From Eledone cirrhosa (lineage: Eukaryota): a stretch of DNA of 64,000 nucleotides. Location of the stretch: the NCBI GenBank assembly GCA_964016885.1, contig OZ024754.1, positions 16,244,001-16,308,000 on the forward strand, given 5' to 3'. Positions 13,401-27,136 of the stretch are shown here, piece by piece. The position numbers were made by a program, and so were the translations under genes. The first letter of the stretch is position 1; each line of letters starts with the position of its first letter. The notes below the pieces were generated by a model that saw nothing but the letters and a program-made list of their open reading frames with translations, made no database searches and had not been told where the DNA came from.

Positions 13401-14440
13401 ATCATCTCTCTTCAGTTCTCTTTGTAACATTCATCACTGCCTCTATTTCCATCACCCTCAACAATTCATTGTTTGTTTTCTTTCTCAGCAATACTTTGTC
13501 CTTTGAACTATTTTCATCTTTTGTTTATTTCCAGCCTTCTCTGCTGTTCTCTATTTACCCATATATCACTTTCATAAATCACAAATTTTAAAATCTGATC
13601 TATGCCTTATTTTGCAAATCTTCTACCATAAATATGCCTAACTGGTATATTTTCTTCCAGTATACATCATCCAATAACATTACATGTTCATACAAATGCA
13701 GTTGTCACTTCTACATAACTCTACAAATACTTTTGTATTCTAGTTATTTTCTGTGTTCCCTTGTACTATCTAATGTCATTCACCACCGTACACCTTGAAT
13801 TGTCTGTTTTGCATTCAATTGAGTACATTCCGTCATTAAACAAATGTTTTGAAACTCTGATAAATAAGAATCGGTTGATTTGAAAGACAACAGCATAGTG
13901 GTTAAACTATTTGTAGTTTTATATGCCATCTGTAGTCAGATAATTGATGCACAATAAAAGACATTTCTGCTTTATTATTGTATCTGGAAATATTTTTGTA
14001 TAACTATTTTAAATCTAAACAATCCTTTGTAGACATATAGAAAAAAACTAGAGATATGAATGCTTTTGCTAATTTATAACAGGAAAAGTGAAATTTTCTT
14101 TTGTCTCAATGTTACCAGCAATACTAACATTTAAACATTCACACCGACTCATATATACAATGGCAGGATACATAATTTGAGGAACACAAGCGTATCATTT
14201 TGTTTTCACTTAAAGGACAAAAAGGACTTTAAAGTCATGTCAGAGACATAACCTGCCTAATGTTGATGACATGATACAGTGCACACAGTACACCTCTGTA
14301 AAGGGGTTGGTGATCAAACAGAGATAATACATGATAGAGAAGACTCTTCAGTGCTGTCAAATGGAGTGCTATTTATACGTGAGTATATACAATAATTTCA
14401 ATGAGTAAAATTTCATATATCATTTTTCTTGACTCGTAAA

Positions 14441-14472
<32 letters not shown>

Positions 14473-14536
14473 AATGAAAGTATAGAAATTATTGTGAGTG
14501 TGAAGCCAACAGTATTTCATAATATATATATATATA

Positions 14537-15435
14537 CAGGATGAGGACGATATTTGTTCGCAATTTTCAACTGCTAATTTTATGCAAATTTTTTTTACTT
14601 CCGTTGTCACTCTTGTCTTCATAAAAACTGAGTATATTTCCATTATTTATTTTCAGAATAATTGATTATGAATAATTTTGAACCTCCAAATTTGTGGAGA
14701 GACACGGAGTTCTTCTTGGAATCCGCGCCGGGAGGACAAATAAGGAAATTTCATACTTTCTCAGCGTCAGCAGGAGAATGGTGTCTCATCCAAAGAGGTG
14801 CCCAGAGTCATGCAGACAAAGTTTCCAGCGACAACATTAGTCTTAGGTGTCGTCAGCAGTCAAGGTGACGTCATGCCACCTCACTTCTTCCCTGAGGGCC
14901 TCAAGCTGAACACCGATGGCTACATCCGCGTTCGGAGCGAGGTAGTAAAGCCCTGGATCGACCAGGTAGCTGCAAGTAGGCCATATGTGTGGCAGCAAGA
15001 CTCAGCACCCTGCCATACCAGCCGAAAGACCCAAGCCTGGCTGTCAGAGAACTTCGTCGACCACACTTCACCTGACATCTGGTCTCCCAGCTCGCCTGAC
15101 TGCAGCCCCCTCAACTTCTTTGTGTGGGGCGCAGTGGAACGAGACACCAACAGATCTAGCTGCAATATGAAAGACGATCTGAAGGCCAGGATCACAAGTG
15201 CCTTTAGGGGCCTAAGTCGAGGGATAGTGACGAAGGCCTGTAGCTGGTTCCGAGGCTGCCTTGAGGCCGTCATCAAAGCCAATGGCGGGTTTATCAAGTG
15301 AGATTGAAAGAACAAGTCATGAAGACAAACTGACCCAAGTTTGATAAATATATCTTAAAAAATAAAACTACTGTTATTTTTTCCTAGACAAACTACTGTT
15401 ATTTTTTCTTGCGAACAAATATCGTCTGCACCCTG
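14537..15435 (+). mobile_element. Internally deleted Tc1/mariner element, DD37D (maT)-type
   Basis: 27-bp imperfect TIRs CAGGATGAGGACGATATTTGTTCGCAA / TTGCGAACAAATATCGTCTGCACCCTG inside (TA)n. ORF 14798-15301 has WQQDSAPCH...SPDCSPLNFFVW, with 37 residues between the second D and the third catalytic position (here N). Confidence 0.88.
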
Positions 15436-16840
15436 TATATATATATATGTAACTGAGCCATCAAATTACACCATACCATCTTAACCCTTTAGCATTTAAA
15501 CCGGCCGTATCCGCCCAGAATTCGCTCACCTCTTTCTGTTCAAACAGGCCATACTGGCTACTCATATTTATGTCTCAAAATAAATAACATCAAAATCTCA
15601 TAGATTCGATGTTATGTGAGGTAATTATGTAAGATAAAGCCTTTTCCATGAAAATACAATAGTATATATAGAGTAATGGAAATGTTAAACAAAGGGCACA
15701 TCACATAATGTAGTCCTAGATACACTAAGCTAGAAACACACACACACAGATTCATCATGGTTAAAACATCTTTTATCATACATTTATGCTTCCTCAGTCA
15801 AGACTGACCTGGGGCTAAACAACAACAACAAAATATTAAAAAAAATAAAATGTTCATTTGAATATCTTGACATATTACAGTACAGTAGTTATTTAAAAAT
15901 ACATTTATATTATCAGCATTTCTAAATCTATTTTTAGTAAATTAAGTATAGTGACTAGATATTCTGAAAGATTTAAAAGACCAAAGAATGAAAACATTTT
16001 TAAAATGAGAAGTGATTAACATTCCTTTCAACTTATTAAATAATTTGGTCTAATAGTCTAAGCCAAAATGTCTGAGTTTCTTTTCTGAAGAGAAAATATT
16101 CAAATAAACTTGAGAAGTAGATTAGAAATGTATAATTTACTCCATCTTTTTTTTAGTGGTTTTTGTATAAATTTCAGTATATTTGTGACAATTGAGATTC
16201 TGTAAATGCTGCAAAGTAATTGAAAAGTGAATAACATGCAAATGAATCCATTACCATAATATTATTATTCTACTCCTCATGAGGTCTTTTTCAAGGTATT
16301 GTTTTAGGGCTGGATACCCTCCTTTCTCCGTAGTCAACCTCTTATGACATGCAGAGATAGAGAAGTGAATGTGGAAGTAGAGGAAGTTGAAGACCAAGAA
16401 AGACATAACTAAAAATGATGGAGGAGGAAATGAAAACCAAGATGCTGGCAAAGAGGGATGGGGAAAAACAGAAGTTTGTCATGGGCCCCGCATGATTAAC
16501 TCCTGCTTTAAGAAGAAAATGACCTTAAAATACATGTTTACTATTATCATACAATATGCATGGTAATTGCAGTTGATTCGCATGAAAAAGCTTTCTTTTA
16601 ACCCTTTAGCATTTACATTACTTTATATATACTATTGCATTTTCCCGGTAAACACTATCTCACAAAATATCGAATCTACGAGATTTTGATATTATTTATT
16701 TTGAGAACAATATCTTAACATCAGTATTAGCAGCCGGTTATGGCCGGTTTGGACAAAAAGAGGTAAGTGAATTCTGGCCAGATATGGCCGGTTTAAATTG
16801 GGTTACTTCTGTCATATTTATTAACACTGTACCTTCTACT

Positions 16841-17060
16841 GGTGAAGGTGCATGGCAGAATGGTTAGAGTGCTGGGCTCCCAATCATAAGGTCATGAGTG
16901 GCATATTGTGCTTTGAGCAAGACACTTTACTATATGTTGCTTCAGTTCACTCAACTGGCAGAAATGAGTGGTACCTGGAATTCAAGATACTAGCATTGAA
17001 CTACATTATGGGTGCATACATCTGTAGAATGCTCAGCCACTTACACATACATGGATTTAC
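16841..17060 (+). mobile_element. Degenerate tRNA-derived SINE of a second family
   Basis: A-box-like TGGCAGAATGGTTAG followed by gtgctttgagcaagacactt. Similar decayed heads near 11690-11785 (-) and 17910-18000 (+). Confidence 0.5.
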
Positions 17061-18196
17061 CATGACTGGACTCAATGGCCGGAAGGTTCAACAATTGGCA
17101 GAAGTTGAAGAAATTAACAAGCTTTAAGATATTCTATTCTTTTACTAGTTTTAGTGATGAGGCTGCAGCGATGCTGGGGTACAGCCTTTAGTTAATCATA
17201 TTGACCATAGTGTTTGTTTTTCAACTCCGGTATTTATTTTATTGATTGCAATTTGTTGAACCACTGAGTTATGGGATATAAACAGTAACAATAAACATGA
17301 ACACACACACACATATCATCATCACTGTTTAACATCCATTTTTCCACACTAACATGGGTAAGATGAGTTGTCCCATTTCCCATTTGAGGTAAGTCAGATC
17401 AGGCGACTGTGTCTTTCTCACACAACTGTTTCTGGTTTGGTTTCTATGGCTGGATGCCCTTGCTAATACCAACTCACATTTATATTCATATATGATGGGC
17501 TTATGCAGAGTTTCTGCCTATCAATAATAAAAAAACAAAAAAAAAACAACACTTGCCTAAGGTGGCATTGAACCTGATATCTAGTGGTGTAGGACTAACA
17601 TTTAGTAGTATAAAGAATTATAAGTTTCTGTAGTTGATGTTGTGTCTGAGATATACAGCAGTTGCATCAAATCAATACTGCTTGGCCACCGTCTGCAATA
17701 AACAGAAAGCCATTTTGATTGATTGGCAAAGACTGATTCACCAAAACAGCACAATGTCTGGTCTGCAAATTCTCAGTCTCCTCATTCTGACTATTCTATA
17801 ATTGCTACTACATTGACTTCTGCTACTTGGAACTAGTTAGTTGCAGACCACTAAAGCCAACTCAACACAGCCATCTCTTATCCTTGTGTGTGTGTGTGTG
17901 TGCGTGCGTGTAGCCTAGTGGTTAATGTGTGGGACTTGTGGGTTTGATTCCTAGAATGCAGGCAGTGCATTGCGTTCTTCAGCCAGACATTTCATTCCAT
18001 ATTGTTGTTCGTGAGAAGGATTCTATCATTAAAATACCCAAGGAAACTCCTTTGAGGTGCATATTGTATGTTTGCATACATGTATGGATACATAACTCAT
18101 GGTAGAGTCTCCAGGTCTGAACATGAACAATTTCTTGCAAAGAAAGAGAAAGCATGATAGAGAAATAGTGAAAGAGAGATATAGAGCAGAGGGGGG

Positions 18197-18227
<31 letters not shown>

Positions 18228-18609
18228 ACCTCAGTACTGGACTGGTACTTTTCGTGTGTTTAAAAAGTTTACTACACAGCTATATGGTTTTAGGTTCAAC
18301 CTCACTGCCTTGCACCTTCATTTTTGATCTCAAAAGGATAAAGGGCAAAGTTGACCTCAGTAGAATTTGAACTAAAATCCCAGAGAGGAAACTCTAAAGC
18401 TTGGAAACTCTAAAGCTTGGAAACTCTAAAGCTTAACTCTGCCAAACTGGCAGCCTTAACCCTTTAGCATTTAAACTACTCATGTCCGGGCAAAATTCTC
18501 TCACCTCTTTCTGTTCAAACCGGCTGTAACCAGCCACTCATACTGATGTTAAGGTATTGTTCTCAAATTTATTAATATCAAAATCCCATAGATTTGATAT
18601 TATGTGTAC

Positions 18610-18917
18610 AAACTGAAGCATATAGACAATATGCCCCCACACCCCCCACCGCAAGGTGGTCGTGGAGGTGCCACAGCAAAAAAGCACCCAGCCCACACTG
18701 TAAAGTGGACGTGTAGGCACCACGAAAAAGCACCCAGCACTCACTGTAAATGAGGTTGGTATTAGGAAGGGCATCCAGCTGTAGAAATCAAGCGAAATCA
18801 GTTCCTGTATGAGCAAGGCATGGTCAGCCGACCAGACACTGCCCACAACAGGACAACCCGTCTAACCCATGCTAGCGTGGAAGAACGGACGTAAAACGGT
18901 GATGATGATGATGATGA
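18610..18917 (+). mobile_element. RTE 3'-UTR-type retroposed element with (GAT)n tail, nested in a TTAA MITE
   Basis: Shares aggaagggcatccagctgtagaaa...cccatgctagcgtgg...ggacgt and the tail with the RTE 3' UTRs at 52416-52800 and 59150-59431. Further copies at ~17315-17480, 32236-32385, 49445-49640, 59630-59740. Confidence 0.75.
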
Positions 18918-21900
18918 ATTATGTGAGGTAAAGCCTTTACTGCGAAAATAAAATAGTAAATATAGAGTAATGTAAATGCTCAGTGGTTAAATATATGTTT
19001 ATGGGAAGAAAATATATCAACCACAGAACTGCGGAAGAAAAAGAAGAAAAAGTACAAAAAAAAAAAAAAAACTCGTGATCAATAAATAGAAAATTAATCA
19101 CACCAAAAAAATATTACATATATATGTGTTTGTGTGTATATATATTATGAATGTTTGTGTGTGAAAAAAAATTGACAATTTTTAAATATATCAGAATAAT
19201 ATTTAACTAATATTTGATAAGATAGGTAAGTTAGTGTAAATATGTTCAGTAATTTAATGTTAAAAAAAAAAAAAATTATCAAAGAAAAAAAAAGACATTG
19301 AGATAAATTATGTATTGAAATATTGATAACCCTGTACAAATGATGATGATGATGAAAAACATACCAAGAATAAAAACAAATAAACAAACAACTGAATTAA
19401 TTACTCAGATTTTCATGTAGTAGCAGTAATAGAAGCAGTGGTAGTAGAAGTAGTAGTAGCAGTTGTTATTGTGCAGAACTGTAGGTTTTGTTGACTCCCT
19501 ATGAGGCTGTGTGACAGATTTCATAGGTGTTTTAATGATAAGGATGCCAGTCCTATCATGATGCATAGGAGGTTTCTTGCAGCTCACACCTATATAGATT
19601 TAGCTGGCTTTCTATGAAGCTTCATTGCATAGGAAGTTTCTGATAGAAAAAACTATTAGAAATCGATGAGAGACTGATCAGAGATCAGTGATCCAATAAT
19701 GCCTAACAAAAACAGTAAGTTAATCAAATAAATAGATAAAAAATATATTGGGAAATATTTTATGAGCAACTAGTCTTGATGAAATATTCCCTTGACCTTC
19801 CAAGGTCTTGGGGGTGGTGCTGCTTATGTATATTATCTTTGGGCAAATACAGCCCCGCAGAGCCCATTTTTCTCCAGACAATTATGTTTCATAAGCAAGA
19901 CACAGAACCCTGGCCTGTCTGAGAGATCAGTGGCTCCACTTCAGTACTAACTTAGTCTATGTATACCCATCCAACCCTTGCTAGCAGGGAAAATGGGCAT
20001 TAAAATGACAATGATGATAATAATTTCTAACATAAGCAAAATGTCTGACATTTGGCAGGAGAGGTTTGATTAAAACAACGCTAATACACAGCTGGTACTT
20101 GATTTGTCAACTCTGAAATGATAAAAGGCAAAACCAACATTCAGCAGGATTTGAACACGGAGCAAAAAGAGCCCTTTATTTGACACGCTATTACACCATA
20201 TTTTTCTTCTACATAATGATTTCTAATTTATGTAAAAGGTCCACAGTTTGTGGAGAAGAGAAAGTCAATTATATTGACTCCAGTATTTGATTAGTACTTT
20301 ATTTGATCAACCCTAGAAGAATGAAAGGCAAAGTTGACCTCAGTCAGAATTGAACTCAGAACATAAAGTTCCAAAAGAACTGCTGTAAAGCATTTAGTCC
20401 AATGCTCTAATGGCTCTGCCAATCCACCACAATTTTCTCCCAGAAATTAAATAATAAATGTATCTAGCATGGAATGATGATGATGATGATGATGACCTAT
20501 GACCCATAGGATCTCAAATTTATGGCTAAACTGCAGATCCTAATAATACAGGCATGAAAAATGAATCACCCCATGGATTAAAAGGTCAGTCTATTGTAGA
20601 TATCATAGACATCTAATTCCAAAAGATGACTGAGATATGCAGAATTAAAGATCATGGTTGGAGACAACAATAGGACTGACAGAAATAAGTAATCACAATC
20701 CACTCTTCTACTTTGTTCTGCATAAGAAATTAAATTTCTAAATGCAGCTTTTGCAGCAGTCTTATCCTTTCCACTAGAAAAGATTGCTTAAGGAGAAAAA
20801 AATCCTTTCAGCAAAGTGTCTGACAGAGAGAAATTCTGAAATCATTCAAAAACGTCGAGGCAAGTGATTGTTCTTTATTGATATGTCAAGTAAACTAGAA
20901 TTCTCTGACATTGCTACAATAAGCTATAGTTCTACTTTAGAATAATTTACATAACCAAGTGAGAAATGTGGTTTTGCATGGTAGTGAGACATGAATGCAG
21001 AGGGTATATGTAGAGGATATATGCAGAGTGAATGCAGAGGATATACAAAATCAAGAGAAAAATGAATTGAGCCTGCTCCATTGAATGTGTAATGTTAATG
21101 AACAAAGTAGAGATGAGCTGAGAGAACAACTGGGCATAAGAGGAATAGTTTATCACGTATTTAACTGTGGATCAAAACATGGTTCACTAGAAGCTAGTTT
21201 CTTACTTTGTAATGATCAACAAAATAATAAGAGCCAAAATTGTGAACCCACACTACATTACATTTTCTGGTGTCAATTTGTTGCAAATCTCTTTGATTGT
21301 AGGAACATAGAGGTAATACTTTCCATAGAAACTCAACAATATAAACACTAAAATAATTGACCCACAAATAATTTCTACTTTTGGCACAAGGCCAGCAATT
21401 ACCCAGTGTATTACCGGTACTTTATTTTATCGACCCTGTAAGGATGAAAGGCAAAAGTTAACCTCGGCGGTATTTGAACTCAGAATGGAAAGGGCCGTAA
21501 CTCTTTGCGTCAAAGCATGGCATCCGACCCTCTACCGATACTGCCAATCCATTGACCTACAAATAATTGTTTCCACTTTTGGCACAAGGCCAGCAATTAA
21601 CCAGTACATTATTGGTACTTTATTTTATCGACCCCATAAGGATGAAAGGCAAAGTGAACCTACAAGCCAACAAGGGAGCAATTAACCATCTAAAAATAGC
21701 AGCCAAATCCGAAGCCCTTTGTTATAACTTTACAGAAGATATCACAACATCTAATTACTTCAGGGTCCCTTCAGATTGTGAAACCCTAAAGTGTAGCTGG
21801 TTTAGTTTATGCCTAAATCCAACACTGTATGTAATCAGTCACATATAGTCTTTATAGATAATATTCAGAGTTTGTCCCTACCACCTTCCAACATTTTTTT

Positions 21901-22040
21901 CTTAATTTTAATTGTGTTTATGAAAATTCTTATCTTTGTTACTAGACTTGATTGTTGCACCATGATAATCTAAATGGTTTGTTGTTGAAATGAAAAGCTG
22001 ATTAATTAAGATAACCAAACTAACTAGATATAGTAAGATA

Positions 22041-25000
22041 TGTTTCTTTTTATTTGCACCAGGGCATCAAAAAGTGGGACAAGTACAATGGGGGGAGTTT
22101 ACATGCAAAGGCGTCCTCAATAAGGAGGAGACAATAACAAAATACAAAAATAAAATAAAATATAAAATATAACATAATAAAATTTATAACATAATAAAAT
22201 TGGGGGTCACCCCCCCCCCCCGAAATTGGGGGTTCACACACACCCCCGAAAAAAGTGTGCAACCCTTCTCCTCAGGAGCACAGAGAGGGGGTGCTCCCTC
22301 GTTCCTTCCTCTTTTCCACCTACAGGCTGATGTAAAGTGAAGGCCCATTCACACGGGCCATTCTCGCCACTTTCACCCATCTTTCATAAAAACGACTGGG
22401 GTTGAGCACCTCTCTCTCCATCCTGATCCTTCTTCCGAAATGATATCAGAAGAAACGGACCAGTTGTTGGTCAGAGAGAAAGGTGTCTGACCTCAGTCCT
22501 TTCAGACACGTCTACCATACAACCTCTTTCACCATGACTATTACGCACAGAAACACCGCCTCTCCTTCATTTTTGAAGGGGGGAGGCGGCTTGATCATTA
22601 CAATAGACTCGGTGGTCAACCGGATTGGTCCCATCCTTGACAGCAGTTGTTCGACATAGCCCCACAGATCGGCTACGCCCGAGCAGTGTACCAATGCGTG
22701 TGCAGCGGTTTCCTCGTCGCACACGCATCTGGGACAGATCTTTTTGGCGGGGTCCCTACTCGGGCGCCCATGTCTGTAGAGCTTTTCTCGAACGGGTAGA
22801 GCCCCTCGGTAGCACTGCCAGGCCAGGGACTTTTGGAAGTTATCCATAGGTCCCGGGCTGAATGTCCTACCGAACAGGCTGGCCAGTTCGTCTTCCTCCA
22901 TGTCTAGGGCTTCTCCGAGGGCGTCATCGCACCTGCTGCGTACCAGCCCTCTATAGAATGTTGCGGTGGATTCTCCACTGATAACCGGATCCGCCTGCCA
23001 GAGGGCAGTGAGCGCCCGGGCACACTCAGTGAGCCCGGGCGCCCAGTTTTCTCGGTCTTTGCTTGACCCAGGGTTGCAGCCCGGTGAGTGAGTCTGGGAA
23101 AGGTTCGTCTCACAAACGAGGCCCACACCGGTTGACCGGTGAGGAATATGTGGAGGTGCCGTAGCCTTAATGCGTGTTTACGCATCATTAGCCACGGCAT
23201 CCCCAGCCCTCCTTTCGAAGGGTGTTGATTGACAGCAGATGGATCTCCTCACCAAGGGAGCCCGCCTCTTCCAAAGGAATTGGAAGAGCGCGTGCTCCAT
23301 CTTGGCGAGGGTTTCCCTTGGGCAAGGCACTACGGTCAGGCGGTAGTAGATGACGGATGCTATATACGTGTTCGCCACCTCCGCCCGACCTTTCAGGGAT
23401 AGTTTGCAACTGGCCCACTTCTGGGTCAGTGCAAACACCCTGTTTGTAACCTCCGCCCAGTTCTTCTCCACCTGGAGGTCTGGTCCAAACCAGACCCCGA
23501 GCAATTTCACCGGGCCCTCCGTCCAGCATCTGACGACGCCATCGGAGGGCATCGGTCTGCCCCTCCATGTGCCGAGTTGCAAACCGATCGACTTGTCCCG
23601 GTTCAGCTTAGCCCCTGTGAACCTTTCGTACTCCTCTAGTAAGGTGCCGATCGCCCCGATTTCGGAGGCCGTCGACACCATTACTGTCACGTCATCGGCC
23701 GACACCGCTTTCCGCAATCCCGGTTCCAAAGGGATGCCCTGCAACAACTCCAACTTCCGCAGTAGTGGCTCAAGAGTCAACACATACAGAAGGGAGGAGA
23801 GAGGGCACCCTTGTCGGATGGACCGCGCGATTTTGAAGGGCTCCGAGAGGTAGCCGTTCACCTTGACCCTAGAGCAGATGCGGCTGCAGTGCATAGCAGT
23901 GATCCAGCCCCTGAAAACGGGTCCGAAGCCTGCCGCCGCTAGCACCGCATCCAGGTAACCATGGTCGACCCTATCGAACGCCTTAGATTGATCCAAGTTG
24001 ATCAGAGCCCCACCAAAGCCGGGTTCGTTCCCAACCCTCTCTATGATGTATCGCATGAGGTGGAGGTTGTCATGGATGGACCTGGACGGGATAGCACATG
24101 TCTGCTCATCTTCCACCAGGTTGCCCACGACAAGCGCCAACCTCTTTGCTAGCACCTTGGCCAAAATCTGTAACTCTGTATTTAGCAGAGTTATGGGCCT
24201 GAAGTTACTTATTTCGTCCCCCTTGTTCTCGTCCTTCTTCACTAGCGTGACTACGCTCTTGGTCAGGGAATTCTCCCGTTCTGTTGCCAGTTGCAGTAGA
24301 CCGCCTCGAGGAGATCGGGGAACAAGTCCGGCATAGCTAGATATAATTCGTATGGAAGACCATCGAGACCCGGGGATTTGCGTTTGCCGCATTGGCTCAG
24401 CACGTCCTCTATCTCAGCAGCCAAAAATCGGCTCCTCGCAGGACTTCGCCTCCCTGTCCGAGAGACGTGGCAGGCCGTCGAGGTATGGACCGAAGTCCAC
24501 ATCCCCAACCGGCTCCCCACCCCTTCCGAACATTCGGGCAAAGTGCCTTTGAAAGGCCTCACACATCTGCTTAGGCTCAAGGATCGCCCGTCCATCCTGG
24601 TCTCGCAAAGACCGGATGGTGGATTTAGTTCCACTCTTGGCCTCTGTCACGCGGGCCCAGCTAACAGCTTTGGTCCCCTCGTTCCCTAGAGCACGTATTT
24701 TACTTCGGACAACGCAGCCTTCGTGCTTCGCGGCGAAAAACTGGCTCAAAGCCGTTCTCGATGCTAGCACTCTGGCCACTTCTAATTGCCTCTTCTACTC
24801 TATCTATTAGCTCCCTTTCCTTCCTATTCCTATCCGCAGCTAGAACCTTACTAAATTCTATCGAGACTAATCTCTCTCTTTAGAGATACCCACCACCTGC
24901 TGTTGACGATCGCTCCAGTCAACCGTTCCTTAACTAACGTACTAATCCGATCCCTGTAAGCTCTACTTGCCGGCAAGGACAAGTTGAGCTTCCAGTAACC

Positions 25001-25061
25001 GGGGCCCTGTCTATGCGTTCTATCAAGGTTGACCATGCAGGTCACCAACTTGTGGTCTGAA
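22041..25061 (-). mobile_element. 5'-truncated Tx1/L1-clade LINE (copy A), frameshifted ORF2
   Basis: End of APE (GPGYWKLN), RT (KSPGLDGLP, FRPITLLN, LDQSKAFDRV, RQGCPLS, SADD) and C-terminal CCHC (CPRC...HALVHC). Perfect 16-bp TSD TAGATATAGTAAGATA at 22025-22040 and 25062-25077. Confidence 0.92.
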
Positions 25062-26666
25062 TAGATATAGTAAGATAACGAACCAATTACATATGTTAAG
25101 TACTGGACTTGGATCGTTCATGATATTTGTGCGAATAGGCATTAACCCAATGAAGAATTTGGGGGGGGGGGGGGGATTTACTAAAATTATCATTTATTTC
25201 ATTATTAAGGTGAATTGGCAGTATTGGTAGAAGGTCAGACACGTTTTCCAGCGTAGTTACATCCCTTTACGATCTGAGTTCAAATCCCGCTGAGATTAAC
25301 TTTGCCTTTCATCCTTACGGGGTCGATAAAATAAAGTACCAGTAATGTACTGGGTAATTGCTAGCCTTGTGCCAAAAGTAGAAACAATTATTAAGATAGC
25401 ATTTATAACATAACAAAAAGCTCTCATATATAACTGCATTTAATTTAAATAGAAACCCTCTAAAATGGGTGGTTTTATTTCATAAAACCAGAGGCAGTTT
25501 TGAACAGGCTGGTATTAAAAGGTTTAAAAAACAACTGAAAATGGACTTTGGAGTTGGATTGGCAAGTCAGCTTAGAATTTCTAATAATGGTGAAGAATGA
25601 AAAGCTGATTAATTAAGATAACCAACCATTTAAATACAAGTACTAGCGTTGGATATCTTTAGATATTCATAGAAATTGGACACATCATCATTTAGCATCC
25701 ATTTTTCCTACCAGCAAGGGTTGGATGGTTTGTCATGGACCAAACTTGTGCTTAGAGTTAATAACCTCTGAGACAAGCCTGGGGCTACATCTCACTTACA
25801 TACATTCCCGTATTCTACAGAGTGCACAAGGTGTGTTTTATGTTGTCACCAAACACTAGAGAGGTTGTTGTTCCCTCAATGCCTTTTTTTTTTTGCATGG
25901 TTTCTATGGCTGAATGCTCTACCCATCACCCACCTCCTTAAAGGGTATAGTGGGTATATTTTATCGTATTCTTCCTGACTATAGAAATTAAGTCATAATT
26001 AATCATCTATGAATAACTAAATGCATTCCTATTGTTATTATGCTTCTACAGCCCATCATCATCATCATCATCATCACATGCCCATTTTCTCCTGCTAGAA
26101 AAGGTTGAATTAAACTAATTAAATTCAGTATCAAAAATAGTAACCAAAACTTTAGCAGCTACGATGGTGGTTCTATTATTTTATTAAATATCTTTTAAAA
26201 CATACTTTAAACTGACCGTATCTGGCCAGAATACTCTCATCTCTTTCTATTCAAACCAGCCATAACTGGCCACTCATACCAACGTTAGGGTTTTGTTCTT
26301 AAAATAAATAATAACACCATCAACATCTCTTAATTTCGATATTATTTACCAGGAACATATAATAGTAGAGTAAAGGGTTAAATTCAAAACATACAAATTA
26401 GTTATATAGTTCATATACATACATTCTATATACATTGGTTATGTTTATATTTTGTTAAATAAGAGTGATATTATTAACCCTTTCAAGACCTTAATTCACA
26501 ACTCAGATAGCTCTCACAAGCTATTCATAGGCATCTAAGATGCTCTTCTCATTATTCATCAGGTTACCGAGAACAGAACTTTGTTAAATGTCTTCTCTGG
26601 GTTAACAAATGCAACATTGTTGAATTTTTGTCAAATGTTTCTCTGCATTTTTATTATTGTCGACAC

Positions 26667-27058
26667 AGTTTATATAGCACATGTAGCTAGCTTATATAGT
26701 GTATATAGCCAGTGTATATAGCCAGTGTATATAGCCAGTGTATATAGCCAGTTTATATAGCACTATACAGTCAGTTTATATAGCATTATATAGCCAATTT
26801 ATATAGTGTATATAGCCAGTTTATATAGCACTATACAGTCAGTTTATATAGTGTATATAGTCAGTTTATATAGTGTATACAGTCAGTTTATATAGTGTAT
26901 ATAGTCAGTTTATATAGTGTATATAGTCAGTTTATATAGTGTATATAGTCAGTTTATATAGTGTATATAGTCAGTTTATATAGTGTATATAGTCAGTTTA
27001 TATAGCCAGTTTATATAGCACATGTAGCTAGCTTATATAGTGTATATAGCCAGTTTAT
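26667..27058. repeat. AT-rich compound minisatellite (13- and 22-bp units)
   Basis: Units tatatagccagtg and agtcagtttatatagtgtatat. Confidence 0.85.
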
Positions 27059-27136
27059 TTGGATATGTTGAATGTAATGTTGATAAAGTGATTAGAGATG
27101 AGAATGAATATGGGCCCCATTGATGCCTAAATTGAT

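Noticed and set aside
19655-19720. Possible minus-strand terminal exon after TTTTTGTTAG
   Set aside because: Stops within 16 codons in all three frames and has no recognisable homology; not needed for the UVRAG frame.
22625-24810. Plus-strand ORFs antisense to Tx1 (and to RTE at 53000-55726)
   Set aside because: Shadow ORFs on the opposite strand of GC-richer retroelement coding sequence.
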